64,000 bases of DNA from Tricharina praecox (Eukaryota), in the NCBI RefSeq assembly GCF_024521635.1, contig NW_026250433.1, positions 186,001 to 250,000 on the forward strand, in the 5' to 3' direction. Positions within the stretch are counted from its first letter, which is position 1. Each line of letters opens with the position of its first letter. The translations under genes and the position numbers were made by a program. Under the pieces are notes generated by a model. The model was not told the DNA's origin and searched no databases. It worked only from the letters and a program-made list of their open reading frames with translations. This document shows, piece by piece, positions 38,301 to 47,628 of the stretch.

Positions 38301-38433
38301 CTCGGTGACGGAAGCCGAGGAGGCCGCGGTCTCGGGAGGGGAGGAGGAGGAGAGGACGACTGCGACGCCTGCAAAGGCTCGCAAGGGTAAGGCAGCTACG
38401 GCTGCCGCCCGCCGTTCTACTCGCTCGAAGTAG
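32326..38433 (+). CDS. 2035-aa predicted-disordered repeat protein with an acidic body and a basic tail; candidate chromatin-associated PP1 scaffold
   Basis: 6.1-kb uninterrupted ORF with in-frame internal repeats and a T-rich 3' UTR; KKKVSF x3, SIM-like VINLISDSED, GRPRK x2. Confidence 0.85.
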   Translation: MEPSRFTPFGKKTPTLTPGISNTSVGNENTPNTNDNMTSPTTPPTSRIASTGVAPTTPFTTNTNSQRNLNGSSSKKRSISQFFSDVPKTTAFNSSEMATPNRRPGPPPRRITKVEKTPGRVRPQPPSLNKSMESKDSQTEPEVPARRPVFPFSTHQNTLRQNTSSRSFHYFGEPTQIVPPSERKNLFGQRLPPLPPQAQSEPVPPTPMASASFPTGLVNPPNTASQLRDIKSFSGVSVAPSTPSAARQLPPLLPKSDFASKLRSKIVTAGKKIPRTFHKINERMAEREATRKLEIAKAKQTRGNPLESVEKARTMLEEIKAEREEEARMDYYRAKRLKEAEEAGEETRNRDRYTQGLAPSSFVEESTEADESDISEFDTGSEDEGSLNEQPEEAPPFNWASASYAPSATPAKQSTSSRGPKSPEVINLISDSEDADDEPAEKAPTIKKKVSFSTNSDEDDDTTQRMEEGILPHRDSSPVETSDDEDEELAEKAPTIKKKVSFSTNSDEDDDMTQRMEEGILPHRDSSPMETSDDDDDEESAEKAPTNKKKVSFAENWDQNDDTTLSMEESVFPRRDSSPVELSEEEESDSSRLEDSHIDEPGSSRVELSYNAEFDSSRVDLSDNAELDSSRVESDDDESNVSRDSIRSESFDVEPESYNHASGWPGYGDVSGSPVYDVSGYSDDSEDNETLREAEVYLPSMGSDSSLAFNMTEDVSEDFSQEEDEEESHYDEVESSNEESHNADTRQMLPREFLSYSDEEDLEEPPVASSTPLRKAVLEKESATVVEASVTATEVEPEEGDATRRLDQDNSVGHFTALDLSLFGPDGTLGGANQNEEDEESAKADTRQMLPREFVSDSDEEGHNQEKSPQQTMQTETTMDAQPSEQLTEEEPKEANEEESTRMNNDNTAGHFTALDLSLFGPNVTFGGSNQEESDEKFHNENDEEAHEEDTRQMLPREFVSDSDEEGHNQEKSPQQTMQTETTMDAQPSEQSTEEEPKEANEEESTRMNKDNTVSHSTALDILLFGPNVTGANQDENDEEFENENDEEAHEADTRQMLPREFVSDSDEEGRNQEKSPQQTMRMETTMDAQPSTQLTEEQPKAAVEDESMRMNKDSSLRRFIASVDHRLLGPHVTFGGDNPEDQNEASHKADTRQMLPREFLSDSDEGDLEEPPVASSTPLRKAVLEKESATVVEAPVTAIEVELEEPLRFDEVEEGDQTRRLVKDSSLGRFITALDNTLFGPDVTTGSANPEDQDEDSHKADTRQMLPREFLLDEDEDRSHKKSTQQTMETETTVDAQPFHENTDEEYNSEDVRTGSYYEDFGDIGSNLSEAEQKREQQRLEEDFEKETAAERVSSSGTEEVPQPKQTPVDDEELVDFEGSTMMSLPGYRYQERSRAPKAQTSMPMLEEAEEEEGEHDMRELSEYGDAATYVESNSSSEYEYEPDSFGEASIADDEVDEASKQMLMEMCLAKEAAPGEPQGPTAPEADGVIEETVNAVDSVTTVETETCEITERVDEDPTAPEADGVIEETVNAVDSVTTVETETCEITERVDEDPTAPEANGVIEETVNAVDSVATVETETCEITERVDEDPTAPEANGVIEETVNAVDSVTTVENETCEITERVDEDPTAPEANGVIEETVNAVDSVTTVETETCEITERVDEEERVHEEEPVNKEEPVNEEETAKEEECINEEHGSNEVETNEPVKEATEVDTEENVKVDTSEIVSKGLATPETSTAEAVDTDISVKEEPSEATGVASAPVYEGRVLRNRSITPITGPPVAKKRGAKRNVPPVEGDHVEEGAPSPPKKARVGRPRKMAPAKVEPPTEARNLRPRSTTPLVPAAVPVAAPAKRVAKRKAALVADGPAVEPRNLRSRSTTPFVPAGVPAAAPAKRAGKRKAAAMDGEQPVAEPRNLRSRSTTPFVAAGVAVAAPAKTPTKRKAPAKRTTKASSVAEAEEAAVEGGEEEEKPLPMAKGRPRKAPAKRALKASSVTEAEEAAVSGGEEEERTTATPAKARKGKAATAAARRSTRSK
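36769..37323 (+). repeat. Coding minisatellite, 111 bp (37 aa) x5, near-identical
   Basis: PTAPEA[DN]GVIEETVNAVDSVTTVETETCEITERVDED; units start at 36769 and 36880 and continue at the same period. Confidence 0.95.
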
Positions 38434-39053
38434 ACCCCCGGGGAGGGGGGGGAAGATGTGGGTGGTGTTTTTGGTTTTGTTTTGTTTTTGGTTTTTGTTT
38501 GTTTTTGTGTTTTTGTCAGTTTTTTTTTGTCTGTAACTAAAATTACGACTTTTTTTTCTGATTCGACTGTATTGTGTGTTTATGGGGGGCTCCTGGTGGC
38601 GTTTTGTGTTTTTTCCATCTTTACTCATTTGTAGTCATAGGGGGGGGTGCATCGGGAAGTGCGCATTTTGGTATCATTGTTATCTACAGTACTCCACGCT
38701 TGGGTATGTACTTTGTTTATTCGTAATATGAATGGGAATAGGTGGGGATCGTTGGGAGGAAGGGAAATCATAGATAGATAGGTAGACGGTTGCTAGTTAT
38801 GTTTTATTGCACATAAACTACTTGCTTACCTACTGGATATCGACGTGCTCGCTGGCTGTGGGTGAAATTGCCTGAGAACTTCTATTGAGTATCGACCGCG
38901 AGTCTGCGGTAACTACTACAAAGGTCAGAACCAGACCCACCTGCCCGGCCGAGCTGAGTTTCTGCCCAGCACTCGGCCCTACACATCAACCGCACCCATC
39001 ATAGGTAAATACCGCACCGACGCCGGCCCGCCGAAGCATCAGTCCGAGACCCT

Positions 39054-39911
39054 GAGACGCACTGTGAGCGTGAATGAGCGGTTGAGCGCTCATAGGTTGT
39101 CGTGGTCGAGTGAGGGTGAGGGAGACGCACTCTGAGCGTGAATGAGCGGTTGAGCGCTCATAGAGTCATAGGTTGTCGTGGTCGAGTGATAGGTAGGGTT
39201 GCAAGAACATGCGGCTGCGGCAGCGGTTGCGGTCGTTGAGCGCCCCGCGGCGGGGATGGCTCCTAGGAGTTCGGGATGGCGGGTCCGCCGGCCGGGCCGA
39301 GTTATCCCCTTCGTCTGGCCTACCTACCCAGGTCTCGGTGCGATGCCGATGTTGCCCGACAGATATATAGACAGACAGCCGGGCGGACGGAACAGGCCAA
39401 AGAACGAACCTGCGAACGAAAAAAGCAGCTCTTATTTATTGTGGGGGCTCGAGGAGTTGCGGTTTACATAGTCCTCGGTGATGCTCGGTGACGCTCGAGA
39501 CGCCGTTTTCCGCGGTGGGAGGCGGAATTAACTAGGTGGGTATGTAGCGGCCCGAGTGCTGCGAACACAACTTCCAAGGTGCGAGCACACGGGCGGAATA
39601 CTTACACGGGTGGGGTGGGGGGAGGGGGGAGACGCACTCTGAGCGTGAATGAGCGTTCGAGCGCTCAAAGGTCGTCGTGGTCGAGTGATAGCTTGAGTTG
39701 GAACGGGACGTTGAGTGTGGCTCACGACGGGGATGGTTCCTGTTCGGCATGGCGGGTTGGCTGGTCTGGTCGGGCCGAGGCGGGAGTGTCATTGATGGTT
39801 TCTTGGAGCTGTTATTCACTTCGCCTGGCCTCGGTGCGGCGCCTCAGTTGCCCGGCAGACAGGCAGACAGACGGAATAGGTAGACCAACGAACGAAAAGC
39901 AGCTCTTATTT
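39054..39911. repeat. Duplicated non-coding element: partial copy 39054-39112, long copies 39122-39437 and 39629-39911
   Basis: Shared start GAGACGCACT[CG]TGAGCGTGAATGAGCG, shared end AACGAAAA(AA)GCAGCTCTTATTT, colinear internal blocks. Confidence 0.85.
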
Positions 39912-40087
39912 CCAGGTCTAGAATGAACTCCTTACATTTCCCAACGCCCCGTAATCAAAGAAAGAGAGAAAACCATACCATTCCGATGAAAATATTAGAG
40001 TTGGAGATGTATAATACCCCGGAGAAAAGAAAGAAAGGAAAAAAGTAGAAAAAAAGTCTATCTATAACTACAAAGTACATCTAGGTA

Positions 40088-42408
40088 TCATAGTCCTAAC
40101 CCACGGACAATGACCCACACACCGACGGGCACCACCACATTATCATTAACGCCCGTCGCCGTAGCCTCGAGCATACTCCCCCACGCGCCCGCAAACAGCA
40201 GTTTCGCCCAGACCATTACCCCCCAGTCCCCCATGTCAGTGCCGACGATCCACAGTCTCGCCACGACCAGCCCGGAAACCACCGCTACCGTGAATGCCAG
40301 GCTGCCCTCCACGCTCTTCCCGCCTTTCCAGCCCCACTTGTGGCGGCCGAACCGGCGGCCGATGAGGGATGCCGCCGCGTCGCCGAGGCCAACGCACGCA
40401 ACGCCGGTGGAAAACGTGAGGGATGCGGGCTCTTCCCAGTCCCAGCCGCTCTGGCAGCGTGAGGCGAGGGTCAGCCACCAGCCCATGCCGGCGCCGACGA
40501 GGAGGAACACATGCGAGATGACCATGGGGCCCTTGAGGTCGCGGCCGTCAACGTATGGTTGCAGGAACCGGGCGATGTATTGACTAGCGGGGGGAAGTTG
40601 GCCGGCACGGATTAGGTCAACGAGTAGGAACAGGGCTACGGCAATGCTGAGGCAGAGGTGGGTGAACGGTGGGTCGAGCAGCCCAGGGATCAGAAACATG
40701 GGCACCACCATGCCGTGGAATATCTTGCGGCGGGTATCAACCTCCAGCTTGTGTGCAAATGTCGTCACCACGGTGAGTCCGATGGTGAGGATGACAGCCC
40801 AGAAGCCGACGATGCCTAGTCGCAAATTTGCCGCTGCCGTGGACCCAGCCGTTACGCAATATCCAGATCCGGGACTGAACCGGTCCACGAGTCGCTGATA
40901 CCAGCTCTGACCGCAGAACACGTAGCCAGGAGCCCATACAAATGGGTCCATACCGTCAAGGGCATGATCCCTGATGTAAGGCCTCAACGCAAAGAAAACA
41001 CTTCCCAGCACAATGCTGTATACACATGCAGTATATCCCAGCCGGCGCACCCTGGCTTGTTCCTTGGTGAGCGTAGCAAAATATGATCCCTTTCTGGGCT
41101 TGGCCTGCCGCCTGATGGGCGTGGTGATCTCCGCCTCGCTGTCGCTTGCTTGAGTGTACGTAGACCAAATGCCTTTCTCCAGTCCTGCCAACCTGCGCAG
41201 CCGACTGGCCCCAATGATGGCGTATCCGGCACGCCGAAAGCGGTGGATGGGAACACGGGCGAGCATAACATTCCATGAGATGACGTCTTCGCATAGAAGA
41301 AAAACAGCCACACCACCGCCCCATACCAGAGCCCTAAGGATGACAGCTTGCGGAGATGACGCATGGAAGAGAAGGTTGATCAGCGCCGACGAGAGCAGAC
41401 GCAGCTCGCTCGAAGTCAAGGATGGATGTAGGATGCTCGTCAGAGCAGAAGTTAAAGTTATATTAATGGGTGTGATGAGGGAGAGCGTGTCGTTGATTGG
41501 TATTTGGCCCTGATCCCACTGGGACGGCAGTAGTGGTAACAGCGACAAAAGCCACTGCAGGTTCCATGAAGACGCCAGTATAGGTGGTAGGTTGGAGATC
41601 GATAGGACCAGGTTAACCAGCAGGAACGGATTCGAAATGCCTGCTCCTACCGGTGTGAGGGACAGCGCGATGAGGACAGGAAATAGCGATGGATATAGCA
41701 ACGGCGAAGGATCAAGTGAGCGCGGAAGCTGCACGGTGCCGTCACGTAGCAGCACCCGGAAGGGATACGCGGCGACCAAGCCTAGATATGGAATCAACCA
41801 ACATATGACCTCTACGTAGCCATCAGCACCTAGAACTTCGAGCAAATCGACGCACACCATAAGGAACGGGGGTGGGCCGGCCGACCTTTCTTTCGGAGCA
41901 GCATCTCCCGCCAAGCTCTATTTTCCTGTCCCAACAGAGCGACAACAACCAGCACCAGCGACAGCGCAACCTCGATAGCCCTTCTGATGAAGGCGATACC
42001 CGCTCTCTTCTTTGGCCTTTCCGCTTTCGACGGAGCCCCATTGCGTTGTCGTCCCCTCCCCCTTAACCCGCTGCCGTCACGGTTCCAAACCTCATCCTCG
42101 GAGGAGATGCGCCTTAGCGCTGGGGGCGCCGGGAGTCTTCGCGTCAATTCATCGTCGGCCTCCGTGCCGGACTCGGAATAGCTAGATTTCTGGGGGGTTC
42201 CAGGCTTCGAGGACTCGGGAGACGACAATAGCGCTGGAGTCGGGGGGTAGGAGTGGTGTTGAAGCGCAGGTCTTTTGGACTCCTGTCGACGGCGGTAGGG
42301 GTGCGGCGAACGCGACGGTTGACGGTTGGCGACAGGAGAGGTGGAGCGGGAGATGTCCAGCGTCGTCGATGTCGGAACCGAAAGGGTCTCAGCCTCCAGC
42401 ACCGTCAT
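40088..42408 (-). CDS. SEC59: Dolichol kinase, 748 aa; intron 41812-41885
   Basis: Multiple hydrophobic segments; EVDTRRKIFH, DGRDLKGPMVISHVFLLVG, GLGDAAASLIGRRFGRHKW...KSVEGS, NDN; intron GTCGGC...GCTGAT...TAG restores the frame. Confidence 0.93.
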
Positions 42409-43859
42409 ACTTGGGGTGCGCGGAGGGGAGAGGGGGCCGTAGGTATCGCAGATGGTATTGTATATTTAGGCAGCTGAGACAAACAGCAGCTAATAGGAGG
42501 AGCTCTGTCTACGCGGCCACGCTTCGACTTTACTCTGGTCGCGAAGTAAAGTACAAAGCCGGTTGGTCGTTGTGGGGGGAAACAGAAAGGCAAACGTGTG
42601 GAGGTGTGTGGACGGACAAACTGGCTTCTGGTGACTTGGATGATTGCAGTGGGGAAACATCAGATTTCAAGATCAGCGTCTTTAGATCTTCAGCTGCAGA
42701 CGCCGAACAGTGGGCGTGGCATGGCATGGTACGGTGTGTAGGGGGATTATTTTTTGTCGCAACGGTGTCAGCACAGACGAACGACTGACGCGGAGCCTGG
42801 AGGAAATCAGAGGAAATCTAATTCTGGATCGGCACCGAGCATGTGGGTCTTGGAGACTTGGAGGCTTGGAAGTTGGACTCCTGGGAGTCGGGACAGTGGG
42901 AGGCTTTGTGGCGCGAGAGAGGGGGTTGCGCCACTGGCGCCATAGAGTATGATAGGCGGCAGGGAAGCGATAGGGGGCAGTCGTTGAGGCTGGGGTGGCG
43001 TGTGCAATGGCTGGTGATAGGACATGTCGGAGTGACTTGTGGAGTGTGGCGTGTGGAGTGTGGAGTGTGGCGCGCAGCTGTTGATGGCTATGCGATGGCG
43101 AGAAACACCAAGTCTTTAAAACCTGACAGATAACATTGAGATGGCGGTGTGTATGTCACCACTTGTAACTGAAGATCAACAGCATGCACTAATACTCTAT
43201 TACCCACCTACTTAGTTAGATACTCGGACCGGTGGATATTCAGGTTAATGGGTTAGGAGGGGAATCCTGAATGGCTCGCCAGCTTTTGGTTGGGTCGACA
43301 ACGCTGAGCGCAGATCCAGAAGCACATATGATGTATGTACTATGTACTAGCCATAGGTACCAGTCCTCTGGCTCTACTTACTCTCTTCATCTATAGACTC
43401 TAGCTACATACACCACTCCCGGCCCATCGATCCCGCATGCCATCTCCTAGTTCACTGCCCAGCGGCGGATTCTCTTCGGCACGGCCTACCAACTAATCGG
43501 ATCAGGTCAGTTCAGCTAACTTGACCGCCACACCATCCACGGCGTTCTACGTGGCGACTGCGAAGCCGAGCTTCCGATGCCTCGATAGCTTCGACACCAG
43601 CTTTGAGCGAACATGCCATTGCGTCCCGCTGTACTGTAGATCCCCTCTCTCGCGGTCATCTGTAGTGAGGTAGGGATCGCGGCGCCCGTCGGCGTGACGG
43701 TTGGTTACCTATACCTAAGAGTACATGGGCAGTCGAACGAGCCGTTGCGATGAAATGCCCAGGTGTCGGCTGCAATTTTCGGAATATTCCCACTCATCCG
43801 AACGGCTCCCCTCATCTCATCTCCGACCGCCAGACATTGCATTATTATCACCGCCGTTC

Positions 43860-44879
43860 ATGTCATTGTCCGTTTCCAGCATGCAGCGTGGGAACTCGTC
43901 AGATGCCGTAGAGCGGGGGAAACCCCTCAACCAACGGCGAAAGCCACCCTTCGAGAAGCGATTCTCGCTCCCGGAGCCGCACACCTCGTCGCCGACGTCC
44001 GCTGCGAAACCGGCCTCGTTCACCGATGATTCGATCCCGGGGCTGCCCATCGTCCCGCCGACGACCGTCGAGGGACACGCCGAGAAGGAGCTCTCGGTGC
44101 GTAGACTCGACGATGTGCACCTGCACCTGTGGTGGGCGGGACGACCAGCCAACATCCGGCCCTTGCATTCGCAGCGGATGATGAAGCGCGACATCGTTCC
44201 GTCGGAGAACATCGGTCTGCACCTGGTGTGGTTCGATACGACGTACTACGTCAAGCCGCTGCCGGAGTGGCTGCTCAACTGGGACTACTACGACGAGGTG
44301 CTGTGTGCAGACGAGCAGCTGTTCCGCGCCGCCAACGGCCTCCTCAGCACCTACACGAAGCTGGTGCAGCACCCGAGCGATTTCCGGATCGCGCGTGAGC
44401 TGGGACTATTTCCCGATAGCTTGGAGCGATGGGAGGACTGGAGCCGAATCGCGGCGTCCGTCCAGAGAGGCAACGGCATCGCGGACGGCAACGTGAGCGA
44501 GCGCTACCGCTACGGTGAGCTCCGTCTCCGACGCCTAAATCACATCTACCGCATCTTCCGACGAGAAAACTACCACTCGGTGTACGCCCAGTACGACCAG
44601 TTCTTCTCCAAGAACTTTGCCTGGCTCCTGCTGCTGGTGGTATATCTCTCTGTCATACTCTCGGCCATGCAGGTCGTCCTCAGCACCGCAATAGAGAACG
44701 TCCCGTTCGAGAATGTTTCCTATTGGGTCTCGATTGCGGCGCTGGTGTTCATCGGCGTCGTCATAGGACTACAAGTGTTCCTGTTCGTGGGGCTGTTCCT
44801 GTACCATCTGGTGTGTACGATTCTCAACCTGGAGAGGGAAAGGGTGCCGTGGGCGGGTCATACGAAGGGGGGGTCATAG
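43860..44879 (+). CDS. DUF6601-like fungal protein with two C-terminal TM helices; start uncertain (43725, 43860 or 43881)
   Basis: ELSVRRLDDVHLHLWWAGRP, RPLHSQ, LHLVW..YVKPLP, RYRYGELRLRRLN, ILSAMQV, recalled as motifs of this family. Confidence 0.75.
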   Translation: MSLSVSSMQRGNSSDAVERGKPLNQRRKPPFEKRFSLPEPHTSSPTSAAKPASFTDDSIPGLPIVPPTTVEGHAEKELSVRRLDDVHLHLWWAGRPANIRPLHSQRMMKRDIVPSENIGLHLVWFDTTYYVKPLPEWLLNWDYYDEVLCADEQLFRAANGLLSTYTKLVQHPSDFRIARELGLFPDSLERWEDWSRIAASVQRGNGIADGNVSERYRYGELRLRRLNHIYRIFRRENYHSVYAQYDQFFSKNFAWLLLLVVYLSVILSAMQVVLSTAIENVPFENVSYWVSIAALVFIGVVIGLQVFLFVGLFLYHLVCTILNLERERVPWAGHTKGGS

Positions 44880-45064
44880 ATTGGAGCTTTTATTTTGTTT
44901 GGAGGAGTGGCCGTTCCGGTATCCGGTTTCTGCGACGATGTATGCGCGCAGCATGTTTGTTTTCTTGTTTGTGTATACCATTTGCGTTTCAGATTAGTTC
45001 ATAGTCGTTTCAGGCAGTGACGTTTGGGTACGGAAACATGTATACTATGAAGGAGGGTATATGA

Positions 45065-45203
45065 CGGGGCAGGGCGGGGCAGGGCGGGGCAGGGCGGGGC
45101 AGGGCGGGGCAGGGCAGGGCGGGGCAGGGCGGGGCAGGGCAGGGCGGGGCAGGGCGGGGCAGGGCATGGCAGGGCAGGGCGGGGCAGGGCAGGGCGGGGC
45201 AGG
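45065..45203 (+). repeat. (GGGC[AG])n G-rich pentamer array, about 27 units
   Basis: Direct reading. Confidence 0.95.
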
Positions 45204-46487
45204 ACAATGGATGTTTTGTGGGTTATTGTTCCTATCAATCTGAGGCTCACGCGGGATGATACATAGATCACCTGGCTGCTTGGCTGTCCGGTTTCACATC
45301 GTTCCCGCAGATGTGTTCCCGCAAGTGTGTTTCTAATCGACGTCAAAACGGAAGTGACTCGATTCGGGGCGGTGGAGCGGGAATATTATCTATGTAATTA
45401 CGGGAAGTTGAGCAAGACGGCTTTTTATGCTTTTCCCCGTCGACGGTTCAACAGATTTTGCGGTCCGGATCCGTTGAGGAGCACAAGCCCGGCTCACCGT
45501 GCTCTCACGAGTCATGACTCTGCTCATTGCCGTTGCGCATAGGATGCTCTGCTCGCTGGCATCGCGCATAGGGTGCTCTGCGCTTTAGGAATCCCGGGTT
45601 ACGGATGGGCAATGACCCTGAGCAAGACAGAAGTCCTTATCCGAATCCATAGCCACCCCACCAACACCACCCCACCACCACCACCACCATTGAAGTTATG
45701 CGCCAGGGCACTCTGATGATCATTGATCACCAGTCCAAGGCATCCTCGCTTATCGTTTGCTGGGGCCAGGCGGCGTGGACGAAGGAAGTAACTGAATCCG
45801 ACGACTGGCGAGCGGGCAGTGTAGAGTAGGGAGAGTACTAGTTAGTAGATACTAGTAGAGGGTTCCAATCTAGCGGGTGATGAGATATCTGAGCACAGCC
45901 AGTCGCGGCTAGAGAGATAGCAGGCGGCTAGCCACGGTGTCTAGGGCGGTGATTTCCGCGATCCGTGTGCGCGTGGCCGGCGAGAACAAAGGAAACGAAC
46001 AGAGAAAGAACCTGAAAGTTGAGGACGAATAATGGCCCTACCGCGAGTAATTTGCGTGATCGTCGATGGGCGCCGTACCACGTGTGATGGCCTCGGCGGT
46101 GCAAACAGAGAGATGTGTTTTTTGTTTTTTGTTTTCGGTTTCGAGGGAATACCGTAGGTATCATCCTATAGCCACGGCGCGAATCAGAGTGGAAGTTGCG
46201 CGGTTGGCGGGTAATACAGGCAACACTGCCCGTGCCCATACCCTCGCATTAGAGTTGTAGATGGGAGTTGTACGCCAGAGTACCATGCAGTCGGAGCAAG
46301 CAGGAGCGAACACCCCTCATTCTACTTGAGCCCTCGATTCTATGCGTGTCCGCGTGCTCGTCAGGCACGGTTGAATGTGTCGCATCACATCTCAGTCTGC
46401 GCCTGCATCTCAATCTTATATCTTCCCACCTTCACACCCCTACTCCGGTCGGTACTGACGCCAACCTCCCTCGCATAAAACACCACG

Positions 46488-47628
46488 ATGATCAAAGAAC
46501 TTCTGACATACTTTGCCTTTCCCGGCGTCTCCAACCGGGATGCATCGCCATACATTCAGCGCCTCCGACGCACCGACGCAGTCGGCGAGATAGAATATGT
46601 TGTCTTGATGTAGCTTCCCTCAACCCCTCTCTTGCGATAGTCTGCTGACTCCTCCCCCCTTCAGCGCCCCTGAATCCCCCACCGTCGTCTTCGTCTCTCA
46701 CGGGCGCCTCCGGGCGCTCGACACAACGGGCGTCGAACAGTGGAAGTCTCTTGCCGGGAAGCGCGGGGTGTCGGTGGTGCTACACAACTACCCCGGATAT
46801 GGGGGCACGGCGGGCCCCGCCACGGAGGAGCGCCTGTGCGCCGATGCGCTGCAGCTGGTGACGTTCGTTATGGAGCTCAAATGGGCCGCCGGGAAGAGGT
46901 TGTGTTTACTCGGGAACTCGGTTGGTATGCTCGACATGAAGGGGGGAGCGGAGGGGAAAGGCGATGGTCCCGAGCTGATGGGAAACAGGTTGTGGTCCGA
47001 CTATGTGGTTGGCCGCCCAGCAGCAGTTGGATGCGGACCGGGTGGTGCTCGTCTCGCCATACACAAGTATCAGCGCACTAACGTTCGTCCCCCGCATTCC
47101 GCATTCCTCACACCTAGAGTACCAACTAACGCCCTACAGTCCCTTCTGGGTGCTCCTCTATCTCGCGAAATACCTCCACGTGTCGATCCCCACCTCATGG
47201 AAACTCTGGCTCGGCAGTCCCGCCCACCTGAAGTGGGTGCAAGGCGCCCGCTTCGATCCGTTCCCGCCGATCGCGCTGGCTCGGCGCCTGGCAAAGGGCA
47301 CGAATGTACTACTCGTCCACGGCGAGGACGATACTACCGTGCTCGTTTCGCACACCTACGTAACTTCCCCCCTCCCAACCCCGCCCCTTCCCCCCTCGCG
47401 CACGGCTAACACACAAGACAGGAACTAAACGCAGTCCTCCAAACCGTCCCCGCGGTGAACACTACAGTGTGTATAATACCTGGAACAGAGCACAAGGACA
47501 CACGACTGCGCGGCGACGACGCGATCTGGGCGTTCGTTAAGGGCCAGGATGCGGAGCTGCGGAGTGCGATCGATGGAATCGTGAAGGGTGGTGTTGTGAA
47601 GGTGGATAACGCAGTGGGAACGGATTGA
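46488..47628 (+). CDS. Alpha/beta hydrolase (ABHD12/13/17, Bem46-like), 300 aa; introns 46610-46664, 46925-46988, 47083-47139, 47360-47421
   Basis: Spliced product has VFVSHG, NYPGYGGTAGPATEE, nucleophile GNSVG, VSPYTS, VHGEDD (Asp) and IPGTEH (His). All four introns have GT, a branch point and AG, and the total length is a multiple of 3. Confidence 0.85.

Noticed and set aside
32326..38433. Assignment as KNL1/Spc105, Rif1 or ELYS orthologue
   Set aside because: No SILK motif, canonical MELT repeats or RWD domain, and no HEAT or beta-propeller region visible; analogy only
39122..39911. U3 snoRNA (CTGAGCGTGAA resembles box B) or SRP RNA
   Set aside because: Boxes A/A', C and D and the SRP helix-8 motif were not found in the proper order
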